DNA of 64,000 nucleotides from Ptychomitrium polyphyllum (taxonomy: Eukaryota). The stretch lies in NCBI GenBank assembly GCA_973851085.1, contig OZ316776.1, forward strand, positions 7,936,001-8,000,000, written 5' to 3'. The notes under the pieces were generated by a model, which was not told where the DNA came from, did no database searches, and saw only the letters and a program-made list of their open reading frames with translations. Position numbers and translations under genes: made by a program. Shown here piece after piece: positions 36,101-48,036 of this stretch. The stretch's first letter is position 1. The number at the start of each line of letters is the position of its first letter.

Positions 36101-39100
36101 TGTAGTTTTTGCATTCATAAATGTTTTTATCTAACAAGTAAAGGCTTGTCATTTTAGCATATAAATAAAGAAGTTGCTTTAAGTATATTTTCATATTTTT
36201 CTTCCAACTATTCAATTGGATATGAACATCCACTTGTTAAGGATAGAAATACTCCTTTGAGTATTTTCTTGCTATTCAATTACTAGTTGTCCAGTGACTA
36301 ATAATACAAACTTTAACCAAAACAGAGCTATAGTACTAAGTTATAGTCTTAAACAAATATTTAAATTATCTTAATAGAATCAAATAAGTACTAACTCACA
36401 TTTAGCAATACTTGATAGAGTAAGACAATGTAGAATTGATGCAAAAAATCTATTAGTGTTAACACAAAGTATATAATCAAGAGTGATAATTTAGACTAAG
36501 CAAAAATTATACAAGAGAAAAACTGCATGCCACTTTCAGAATAGATTTTGTTTTATACTATCAATTCCGGCTAATTATATCTACAGACAAAAATCCTAAT
36601 CCTAGCTATTATTGATTAGTGAGCTATTGATTATCAAGCACTTAATTTAAGGGATATAAGATAACTTTATAGCCTTAAATTGACATTGTTTATTTATTTA
36701 ATCCACCTCACCTTGTATTTGATGATCATGGTGAGTTAACTTGTTCTTAATCATTCATCTTGCCAACTTTCAATTGCACATACCAATGCACAATTTATAT
36801 AACTCTCTTTATAAAAAATAAAGCATGCCATTAAATAATCAAGTGTTATTGTGGAGGAGTTTTGCTCCATGGATCTATTCTATAGTATGTATCAATCCCT
36901 ATGCAACTCTTATTTTGTTCTTGTAATATGTAATAATATGCCACAAGTCTTCCAAATAAAAATACATGGTGAAAAAAATGTTGCTTTTTTAATTGCATTT
37001 TGTGCCTAATTGTTAATGGACAACAAGTCCTTAAAATTGCCATTGTTATTGTAATGAAAGTTGTTTAGTGTTACTAAAAGGCACAATTAGATTGATGTTA
37101 ATATGATATATATTTTAGTTCATATACTGCTTGTATTGATTTAAAAATTTTCATTGGATTGATGACTAGAAGTACTTGATAGTTTAAAAAATGGTGACAG
37201 TAAGTAAATGATTAGATAAAAATTAAGTGGCCAAATAATGGTGACTTCTCATTAAACATCATGGTGTTGACTTTCTAATTGACTATATAGTGGTGACTTC
37301 TTATCATTTTTTATTGGACCAAATGCAGATATAAATGAAGATTTAAAGAATAGTAATTGAATAGATATGCATTTGAATTGGAGTTGGAATTGGGCATGTT
37401 AGTGTGGAGTTTGGAATAGATTTGGAAGTATAGGGATGTATTATAAGGATGTAGTATTTTGAATATTTGAAGTGTATTTTGAAAGTATTGAGATGCAATA
37501 TGTAGATAAATTTCTAATATCTACTTTTAATTATTAAGTTGGTAGAACTTGGATTATACAATTTGAATCATAAGTGATTTTGGAATAAGATTTGGAAGCT
37601 ATGTTTTCAATGAATTTTAGTATAAGAACATAATTTTGAAGATTTGATATTTGATAGAATATCAATTATGGAGCATCAAACTAAAGATGATCTTCTAGGT
37701 CAAAGTTGAAGCTTTTGATTAGAATTGAAACTTAAAAATTTTGGTCTTATTCATGGTTTTTCTTCCAACTTAACCTATCACAAAGAAAATTCTTGTGCTT
37801 ATCAAATAGAGCACACACATTTTAACACTGATCTATAAGAAATTGTAAGCTTCTATGCTACAAGTATAAAAGGCTAAAACTCAATTACTTTAGAATGAGC
37901 AATAAAGCAAAGCAAATCGAATTACTAAGAAATTATTGTTCATGCTTCTAATTTTAGATTTTACTATTGACAATTTTTCCACAAAATAAATAGATATCAA
38001 GGTGTCTTTCTTTTAAAAAATTTGTACTTGAAAGACTTTCTATAACCGCCCCTAGCACCATATCTATATAATGTCACAACTTTTATTATCTTTGGAATCT
38101 ACATCGCTTCATGGTTCATGTCATTTTCCACTGCAACCTTCAAAGCCTATTTATTCCATGGCATTGTTTTATTCTTACTAAAAGAACATACATTTGTTGT
38201 CAACATTCCTAAAATTTTAGGCTAAATTAGGATGTAAAATATGGATAAGAACCATTTAAACATGAATTCTACTTATGTGCACTTTAATTCAATTTGCGTT
38301 TAATCCAAGCACGCATACATAATATCCAAATTCCTTTATTTCCTCCCCTCCAATCCTCTTTATTGAGCATTCTTACATTAGAATCTAATATTCATTAGAT
38401 TTAAATAGAAGTGTATTCACATATTTTTCTTGTATTGAGTGAAGGCATTATGGACTAAACATGTATATATAGATTGTCAAATATGAACTTGGTTGGATTG
38501 TGCATGCCAATTTATGCATATATACATGTAATAAACGGAATACATGATAAACATATGTTGTTACCCCTTTGATATAAATATTCTATCCTTTGCCTTTATT
38601 TTACACTATTCTACTTTGGAAACTTATCTCTTATCAAACTTTAGGTGGGTTGTCAGTAGATTTAAAAATGGAAATTATATTACACATATACATGTACATG
38701 CTTGAATTATTGTCTTGAATGTATGATCTTTGCAATTAAATGAGTGTATGAGATGTAAATGTTAAAATATTAGCTACTTTTTCCATGCACTTGAATAATT
38801 TAGTGGTCATTTTTACACCTTATCATAGAGTTTAGTGTTTTGTAATTTAATTAGAAAAACCTTGAACTTGCAAAATTAAAATTCAATGGTGTACATTTCC
38901 AAATTGTGGTCTTTACATTATTATAGTATCATAGGAAAATGGATAAGGCAATTCTCATATTTGTAAGTATTCCATCTTAACAAAATTTAATACACACTGG
39001 GCTGTAATTTGTTTATGACATAGCAAAATACCACCCAAAAAAATGAACTTATTTAAAATCCATATGGTGTATGCAAAAGTAATGCTTGGAAGACTACCAA

Positions 39101-39685
39101 GTGGTGGACCTTGTCTTCCAAGCTTAGTAGAACAATGAAATTTATATTACATAGAAACTTTTTAATGCCCAAAAATTACACGAAAATTCGCTTGGGAAGA
39201 AGATGCCAAAGGACAAGATTTTAGTTGACCTAGGAGAATCATCTAAAACTTCACACATAGATTTTGGTAACAACTATTATGCAAGGTTTTGAAAAAAGTA
39301 TCAAAAGCAAATGGCCAGAGCAGACTTTAAATCAAAATATAACAGAAACACGAGACCTAATAATTTGCCTTGCAAAACCAATGTTGGGTTAGCAGTTGCC
39401 TTCCTGCCTGAAATAGAACATTATATCTTGGATTTAGAAAAGGAGTTGAAGAACACCAAAGAGGTAGATAAGTTTAAGATAAAGATTTATACTTTGAAAC
39501 TGAAAAGGCTATAATGAAATTACTGCTAGTCTATTTAATGTTTGACAGATAGAAGAATAGAACAATATGCAGCCTATGCGGTAGTTCAAGACAACCTACA
39601 AACGTATGCATACGTACACATATCAGTATGAATACATACATCTTATTACGCACATAAGATATATTATATCATATCAGGTTTGTAT

Positions 39686-39785
39686 NNNNNNNNNNNNNNN
39701 NNNNNNNNNNNNNNNNNNNNNNNNNNNNNNNNNNNNNNNNNNNNNNNNNNNNNNNNNNNNNNNNNNNNNNNNNNNNNNNNNNNNN
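39686..39785. other. Assembly gap (100 N)
   Basis: Run of exactly 100 N, typical of a placeholder for a gap of unknown size. Confidence 0.99.
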
Positions 39786-40269
39786 AAAGAAAAGACAACC
39801 TTCAATGTGGTTAAATACCATACTTTCATCAAAGCAACTCGTTCAATCATGGAGGAAAATTCTTCATTACACCATGCCATGTAAATGACTTTTATTGAAT
39901 GTAATTGTTGATATTGAAAAATACTTACCAATGCATTGATACATATGGCATAATAATTTATTTTTATGGATAGGACAATGAGTTTATTGCTTGTTGATGA
40001 ACTTCATACTTGATTGTTTCTTTGGAGAGATAAATGGATTCCACTATTAACAATAAAACCACAATATATAAATGAAACATATTGAAGGCTTTCAATGAAA
40101 CAATTGATTAAAAAAATTTGGTCCAAATTTGTATTAATTATACAAGTACAATAATAAAAGAAATGGAAGAAGTAAACATGATGTATTGATACATCTATGA
40201 GCAAGGACATTATGCTTACAAATTTGACCTAGTATCAAAACATTAAGGAAAAGAAGCTATGGTAATATA

Positions 40270-40910
40270 TTGGCAAATTTGATTAGAATCATTGTCCTTA
40301 ATGAAAAATTTGACATCAACATGAAAATTTTGAAGATATGGTGGAGCCAATCTTGCATGCCTTGAAGACTTTGATGGTAGCACTCATGTTAAGGAAAGAG
40401 TGTGGTTGACCATCCACAGTTTGAAGAACCATATCCTTTTTAAAAGCAATTTTCCATCTAACTTTGAGTAAGTGGACATAAAAAACTACCTAGAAACCAA
40501 GTGGTGGAACATGATGAATTTTGACTTTTATTATATTAGGTCCTAGAAATCCAAATTCGACCAACAACAACAATACACATTTATATAGTGATGCAAATTG
40601 TGCCTTAAATAGAGTGGTTTATTTATGGTTTAGTCCTTTTAGAGTAGCAATTGGCAAAGCCATGCATGAATCAATACAATCAAAAAATTAAAATTAAAAA
40701 ATTAAAAAAATACACATATATAAAGAAAAGTAAGGTCTAGACTTCCTAAAAGAGATCATGGATTTTTCTTCCTAGAGGCATACTCCCTTACCAAGGGTGT
40801 AACAAAATTGGTGAGCAAACATTGCCAACTATTGCAAAGTGCATACTTGCAATGAAGCTTTTAACATTTGTTATATGGAACTGGATTATGGGACTTTTGT
40901 AAGCAATAAT
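40270..40910 (+). mobile_element. Decayed hAT-family DNA transposase remnant
   Basis: Frameshifted pieces LIRIIVLNEKF / ENFEDMVEPILHAL / FDGSTHVKERVWLTIHSLKNHI / WNMMNFDFYY / IGEQTLPTIAKCILA..WNW resemble the plant hAT C-terminal region and dimerisation domain (cf. L..IAKRIL....SAS.CERNWS). Confidence 0.6.
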
Positions 40911-42252
40911 AGCCCTTACCCTTTTGGTGTTGAAAAAGCAAAGAATTGGATATTTATACCAATAGCAAACCTTTTACAAAACAAGCACATCCAAATCTGG
41001 TTTGTTTGTACAAAGAGAATAAGCAATTGGTGGAGTCCAGTCCGGATAGTGGAGCTTTTGTATACAACAAAGACAAGGCACTCAATGCTGCAAATAATTT
41101 GTAATTAATAATTAAGGTGCTGTTGACCTTTAACAATCAGACATTGGGGATTGTTAGGCATTTGGACTGCAAGGAGATGGGGAAGTGGTTAGCCAACCAT
41201 GCCATCAACAACTAAAGTTATGGGCTCCTCACCTCTGGACTCTGGTCAGTTTGTGCACAAGCCAAGCTGATGCACACTATAACAAGTCTACATTTGTAGT
41301 AGCAACTGCCAGCTGTTTACTGTTATGTGAAAATGTTACAACCATTAGAGAGTGACCTTTACTGCATGCGTCTTTGAGGTTCCTAGAGGTCATTTTCTGT
41401 GAATAACCTTATGACCTCGGGCAGTAATGGGGTGTGCTACAACTTGAGTGCTAACTGCTTACCTCAACTCTACTGCACTGTACAGTCACTTATCAGTACT
41501 CACTACAGTAGGCAAATTGTTTGTGATGTACATTGATTATTGCAGAGTTTAGTACAAATGATGTGGTGGACACTGAAGATGTTTGGGTTGACCAAGACCT
41601 GGCTAATTGCACCTTAGGAACAGTGTGTTGCATGCCAAACTCCAGAATTGTGATTTGCAGGTCTGAGTGACTGCTTGACAGGAAGAAGAGGACTCAAGCA
41701 ACCTCTGAACTTCTGAAGACTTGGTATAGTTAGTGGACTCAAAACAGCAGATAAAGAGCTGAGGCCAATGGAGCACCTCAACAACCAATCACAATTGAAT
41801 GAGCAGGGTGAGGTGTATGGGGAGGTAGGGTACTGTGGTGGATGTTTAGGGGACCAAGCCTAATGCAAGATGGAGGTTTGGAGAAGAAGATTCAACCCTT
41901 TGTGGTTCCAAATAAGACAAGGGTGCTTATAACTCTAGATTCATAAAGAATTGGGTTTTACAATTCAAGATTGATGTTTGCTTTTATATCACACATATAC
42001 AACACAATACACCAAGTTGTATTCAATTTTGATTATTGTACGTCTCTCAAATACATGCATAAACAATTATATTCTGAATCAAACATCCTTATTCACATAA
42101 TATCTTCAAATAGACAAATTATATATTGTTGTATAGATTGCCCTTAGAATTGAATTTTTTTTTAAATGGCAAAATCATTTTTTTTATAGACTCTAATGTG
42201 TTGTTAGTAGTAATTAGAATGAATCCACATTACTATACATATTTGGGCAAGT

Positions 42253-42490
42253 AATATACAACACGGTTTTTGTTAAAGTTTAGTGAATTTTGGTCCATCA
42301 AATTAATGGGAAGACACCTCCATCCCCTATGGACTTGTGGCTTCAAATTTTGTACATCACCATTATTTAGCTAATAATTATAATGCCCAAAATTTGAGGG
42401 CATAGCTCCACATAAGTAGGGGTATTCATGAATATGGAAGTTCACAATTCACCAAGGATTCCAAATTTAATAAAACCTTGTTTATGTATT
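42253..42490. mobile_element. Fold-back (MITE-like) element, copy 2
   Basis: Palindrome centred near 42370 (TGGCTTCAAATTTTG..CAAAATTTGAGGGCA). Its right terminus, reverse-complemented (AATACATAAACAAGGTTTTATTAAATTTGGAATCCTT), resembles the start of copy 1 at 3190. Confidence 0.55.
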
Positions 42491-45400
42491 CAAGGTATGT
42501 GGCAATTGAAAATTCCTAATAATTGCAATGTAAATGTAATTCAGAAACGTCATATGTAGTTAGAAGGCAAGATATGATATTCTTGAACCACATCAAATCA
42601 ATTATATTCTACAAAACTTGGTAAAAAATAATTTATTAGCATATTAAATACCTTTGAAGTTCACAAATTTGCTACAAATACAAATTATAAGATATAATAG
42701 CACCATTGGATGTTCCCAATTTATTTATGTGATATTGGATATTATATTGGCTACTATATTGTAAACTCAGATACTACAAGTAGAGATTTTTTTGGGGTAA
42801 CATCCATCAACATCAAAAATTAATGAGAAACAAGGTCTTTAGAAATTGGTTTGGGCTCTGAAGGGTTTAAATTGGGTCACCTCAGCAATGAATTTGCACA
42901 ATGTTCATAGTCAACATGGTCTGAAGGAAGCCCTAGGTGGATCTCATCACACGGCATGACTGCAGTTGATATAAAATTATACAACAGAGCCTGTTTCCAA
43001 GTTTCAATACCAGTTAGTTCAAGCCAGTAAGTAATTGAAACTTGGCTACTTCTGTCATAGCTAAGGAACTGTTAGATTGCAATATCTGTGTCAATTGCAA
43101 CTTTCAAGTATTTGGTAGGTATGATCTTCTCAGATCTAATTCAAGGTGCTTGAGAAGCTATGACAGGACAGCAATGGCAGTATTTTTATCACTGGTTGGT
43201 GCCTATTAGCTTAACAGCAGACTTAGAGAAATATTGAGTACAGGAGTCACTCAATTGCCAGATATTTGTACATAGTTTGGGTGCATGTTAAAATACCAGC
43301 CATTTACACACAGACATCATTGATTTAGGTTCACTTCAGAATTCAGAGTAATTACACAACTATGGCAAAGTGTGGTATATTGCAAGGCCACAATGATGTA
43401 ACTTTTAATTGAAAGTCAGCAAGAATGATGACATTTCATCTTCAAATCAGAAGATGGTAACAACCATATTATGTGAAATAAAGGAATTACAGTGACCTAA
43501 AGATTACTGCATGTTGACTTCATCACTACGGCTTCTTTTTATATAATTTTCAGGTCTTTAGACTTCTTTAATTTACTTTAATAATTTATTTCATTTTTGC
43601 AAAATTTTAGAAACATTATTACACACCACCAGGCATACAGTCTTTTTTAAAGTTTGGAATATACATGCAATATAACATAAATAAATTGTTACTATGCAAA
43701 TGAAAGTAGATTGTAAATTTTATGAATAAAATCCCAAATCCATAGTGGAAGATGTGATGACCACCTTATTTTTTTTATAATTAGATTCATCAATATTACT
43801 ACTATTAGTTATATAAAATATAAAATATAAAATTTTAGGTTCAAATAAAAATTATTACATAAATAATATTAATATTATTCAAGTAAAATCTGATAAGATG
43901 AATTTGAAATGAATAACTCTTTGATGTGGTGAACTTTAAAAGAAATTGTATTATTTTAACTTATGATCCTATTTTAAAAAACAACTTTCAAATTAAAGCA
44001 AGGTTATAATGTTATATACTTATTTTTTTGTAATTTAATGAAGTACATACATCAATAACACCTAATTCAATGATTAAATAGGAAAATAATTTGGTGAATT
44101 AATTTGAAAAAATATTTGTAGTAAAGAAATAAATGAATAGGAAGATATAAAAGAGCAAAGACTATTATTGACATTCTTTCTTTTGGTCTTAGAAAAAGAT
44201 ATATAATCACTTATTTTAGATTTGTGGGTGAATAAGAAGATAATCTTTTGAACAATATTATTTTGAAGTGCAACCTTTTTAAATCATGATGTTTGGTTAT
44301 TTTTGTTTTTGAAAAAATTATGATTAATAATTGCATTTTATTTTTCAAATTGGTACTAAGACCTTAAAACAAACCCTCATGAACTCCTTCAATATCAAAC
44401 TTAATTATTCATTCTTCATTTTTTCAATCCACTTCAATCTTTTGGTGCAAATTTTATTAGTCAAACTTGAATTCATGTATGTTTATTCATTGCTCCAATG
44501 GAATTGATTTGGATCCAACATTTTTGAAGTTTTGCAACATTGTCTTAATGATTTGAAAGGTCTTAAGAAGTTGTAGGAAAGTTGAATGTTTGAAGACTCA
44601 ATTAGAAAGAAAATTGACCCTAAGGATTTATTGAAGCATCTACATTTCCAAGGTACCAAATAAGACTACAATAAATATTGGGCAAATATTGTCAAAGATG
44701 GTATTGTTTGTCTTTTGACAATCTCCAAGTGGACATTAACTTTATAGAGTCAATTATCACTTTGAAATTGAGTCATGACAATTTTTTTAAGTGGATGTTC
44801 TTCCTTCAATGTCAAGCTTCCAATAAAATGAATTTAATTTGCAAATCTTGCCTAAGATTTCAACAACTAAGATTTAAGTGCCTTAATAATTTTTTAAATA
44901 AATTGCTATATTATTCATGGAGTTGGTGGATTTTTTCTATTATTTTATTCAAATCATGTATTTACCCAAGACAATGTATTTTACTTGATTTGCAAGGTCA
45001 CCTTTTGAAATATGTGAATGTGGTTTTTTGAATGTTAACATTATTTAGATGTTTAGGTCATTTTGCAAATGTGACTTATTTTTGAAGCTTTTCATCTTAT
45101 GAAATTTAGCAATCTAGTGCTTACACAAAACGAGTTGATAATTAACAATTCTTCAGTTTTGGAACTTTCATAACTAAGTGATGTACTTTGGTAAGAAGTT
45201 TTCATTGGCAAGTTCAGTTGATTTAAATTGTGATATATTGATGTAGGCTTGGTAGTGTAAACTGTTTTGTTGTGTTATTATGTTCTATTGCATTGGAAAG
45301 AAGCAAGGAGGGAAAGAAAGAAAGAAAAAGAGTTTCTACACTTATATACTTCTATTTGTTCAAAATAGTTATAATGGAACATATTGATACTTATACTAAT

Positions 45401-45791
45401 AGAGTTTGATAATTAAATTTTTGTATAGAAATAGGAATTAATCAAAATACAATTAATGATAGTTTTGGAATGTGTAGTTAATAAAAATGACATACTTAAA
45501 ATGAATGGTTATTGGTAACAGTATACTTAAAATAAGTGGTTCAAATATATTTGGAATATATCATGAATATGCATGTTAAAAGGTCATATAAATTTTATTA
45601 TCAAAAATTATTCTTGAAATGTATATTATATGTTTTAGGTGTTCAAAAGTAACATGATTGTGATTGTAATTGTAATTGTAATAAGCAATTATAGAAGGAA
45701 AGAAGGAAAAGAAAAAGAAGAAAATGGAAAAGGATGGTGGAATAGAAAATTTGAAGAAAAGATAAGGAAGAGAATGAAAGGAAAAAGAAAG

Positions 45792-45908
45792 GAATGATTA
45801 GAAGGAAAAATAAATGAATGATTAGAAGGAAAAATAAATGAATGATTAGAAGGAAAAAGAAATGAATGATTAGTAGGAAAAATAAAAGAATGATTAGAAG
45901 GAAAAATT
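45792..45908. repeat. 24-bp minisatellite, about 5 copies
   Basis: Unit GAATGATTAGAAGGAAAAATAAAT in tandem, within a GA-rich low-complexity tract (about 45690-45970). Confidence 0.9.
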
Positions 45909-48036
45909 TAAAATAATAGAAAAAAAAGAAGGAAATGAAAAGGAAATAAAAGAAAAGAAAGGATAAATAGAATCTTGAGAAATCATCATTTAAATTTTAT
46001 AAATAATTAAATTCATTTTTACTATAGTATGTGGCTAAAGCATCTTATCATCAGTGAATGTAATGCTATTGAATATTAGTTTATAGAAATGAAATAATAT
46101 AATGTACTTGTAAAGTATTCCAACATAAGATAATAATGATTTTGAAGAAAATTATCACAAGCTATTTTTTAATTGGCTTAAATCCTTATATTATGTAATG
46201 TGCTTAAATTAAAAAATTATTGTATAAAAATGTCAAATTCATCCTTTAGGTGCACACTGTGTTGATTTTAAGTGTTTATGTTGTAAATAGAATAAGCCTC
46301 TATAAATCTATAGATGCAAATGTGCAAAATGAGAGTTGATAATGTAAAGTAAACTTAATACAAAGCATAAAATTTAAAACAAGATGTAAATGGAAATTTG
46401 TTTAGACTCTAAAAATGTATGGAACAAATTTTCAAAAATATTTTAAAAAGTTATATACTTAAATTTTATGATTGATAAAGTTCTATATCTTGAAATGCCA
46501 ATTAATTTTGCACTTAAATTTAGAACTAATACACATTTTTTAAATATATAAAAATAAAAATAATTAGTTCATCAAATTTCATTTTTATTTAAATTACAAT
46601 AGCTATTCAATTTTAAAATACCTTGTATTAAAAATAAAGAATCAAGACGATTCTCTTTTGTGAAATATCTTATATTTCACCAACATTCTCTTGGATTTTT
46701 TCAAAATGTCATAAATATTATTTATTTAAATTTAAAACAAACTCAATCAAAATATGAAATAAAGCATTGCCTTAATTTATAAAATGTCTAGAAAATTATA
46801 TTTCTAAAAATCATATGAAATTACTTTCAATGGTTCTATTACACAAAAAACCTTTACTTCAGCAAACACACAAAATGCTTTACTTGTAACAAAAACACAA
46901 AAGTAAGTAACAAAGTATTAATAAACAATCCATGTACATTACAACTACTTTCTTATTATACTAAGAATAATTGTTATTAGTGCATGAAGAAACAAACATG
47001 TATGGGAAAAACTTACTTAGGTTTGACTCCTGAGTTGGCTTAAACATTCCATAAGTGTATAAAAGCTATATGGAAACTAATATCCTATTTCATTCCATTT
47101 GCATTTATGATCAGAGCACATAGGATGAGCATAGGCTCCATGCTGCAAATCCAACCCCTATAATAGGGTTGTTACATCCCTTCCCGATTGGATCTAACTG
47201 CCCAAACTCACTCTTTACAGCCTCCAGGCACTGGGTGTTAAGTGAAAGAAAAGTGCTCGGAAGTTGGATTCTGTATCTTAGCAATAGAATATCATGTGAT
47301 TCTCATCAGATCAAGCAATCATATACAGGGTTAGTTTGGAGACCTGATGAGAATCACAATGCCTTGCAAGAAGAGAACAACAATGAGCAGGGACTTTAGA
47401 CTGTTAATCATTGAATCTTCTAGATAATTTTTTTGAAATACAGCTTATGAATTGCAATTCTACTAGTATCTGTTCAAAGAAAGAAGTTTATGATCATCTG
47501 TTCGCTTGATCAACTGACTTCCAAGTCTTGATTTAAATACAAAACTGCACTCTGAGAAGTGGAGCTCGCATGCCAGACAGCATCATCGATTTCAAGTCCA
47601 CTATCTAGGACACTGCACAAAAGCGAGGAGAATTTTTTCTCGAAGAAAACCACAAAGCTGGCGAATTGATAGCGAAGGGCAGACACATTTCTGAAGCTAG
47701 AAACTAACTTCAGTACTGAGCAAGCAAGTGCAGAACTCAAGCCAGCATTCAGGTAAGTGACAAACAGCAAGCACAGGCACACCGTTGTTAAAACGTGAGA
47801 ACCTTGAATTACCGAAGTTTCATGAAGTATACCTCACAACATTCTGGTAAGCAATGCGCACGCAGTCAAGGGTCAACCTACCAGAATATACATCAAAATT
47901 ACGTTACCTGTGTTCAGATTCTCAACAAAGAAAACACTAACAAATTTGTATTATACATCGAAACACAGCACTTTTAACCCCTTTACGTTACAGGAGATCA
48001 TTGGAATCCTAGCTCTCAGAACTTGTCTATAGATCA

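Noticed and set aside
34900..37050. Short ORFs in AT-rich DNA as genes or assignable TE proteins
   Set aside because: Probably TE debris, but no motif I can assign to a family.
45792..45908. CRISPR-like array
   Set aside because: Head-to-tail repeats without spacers in a plant nuclear genome; a minisatellite.
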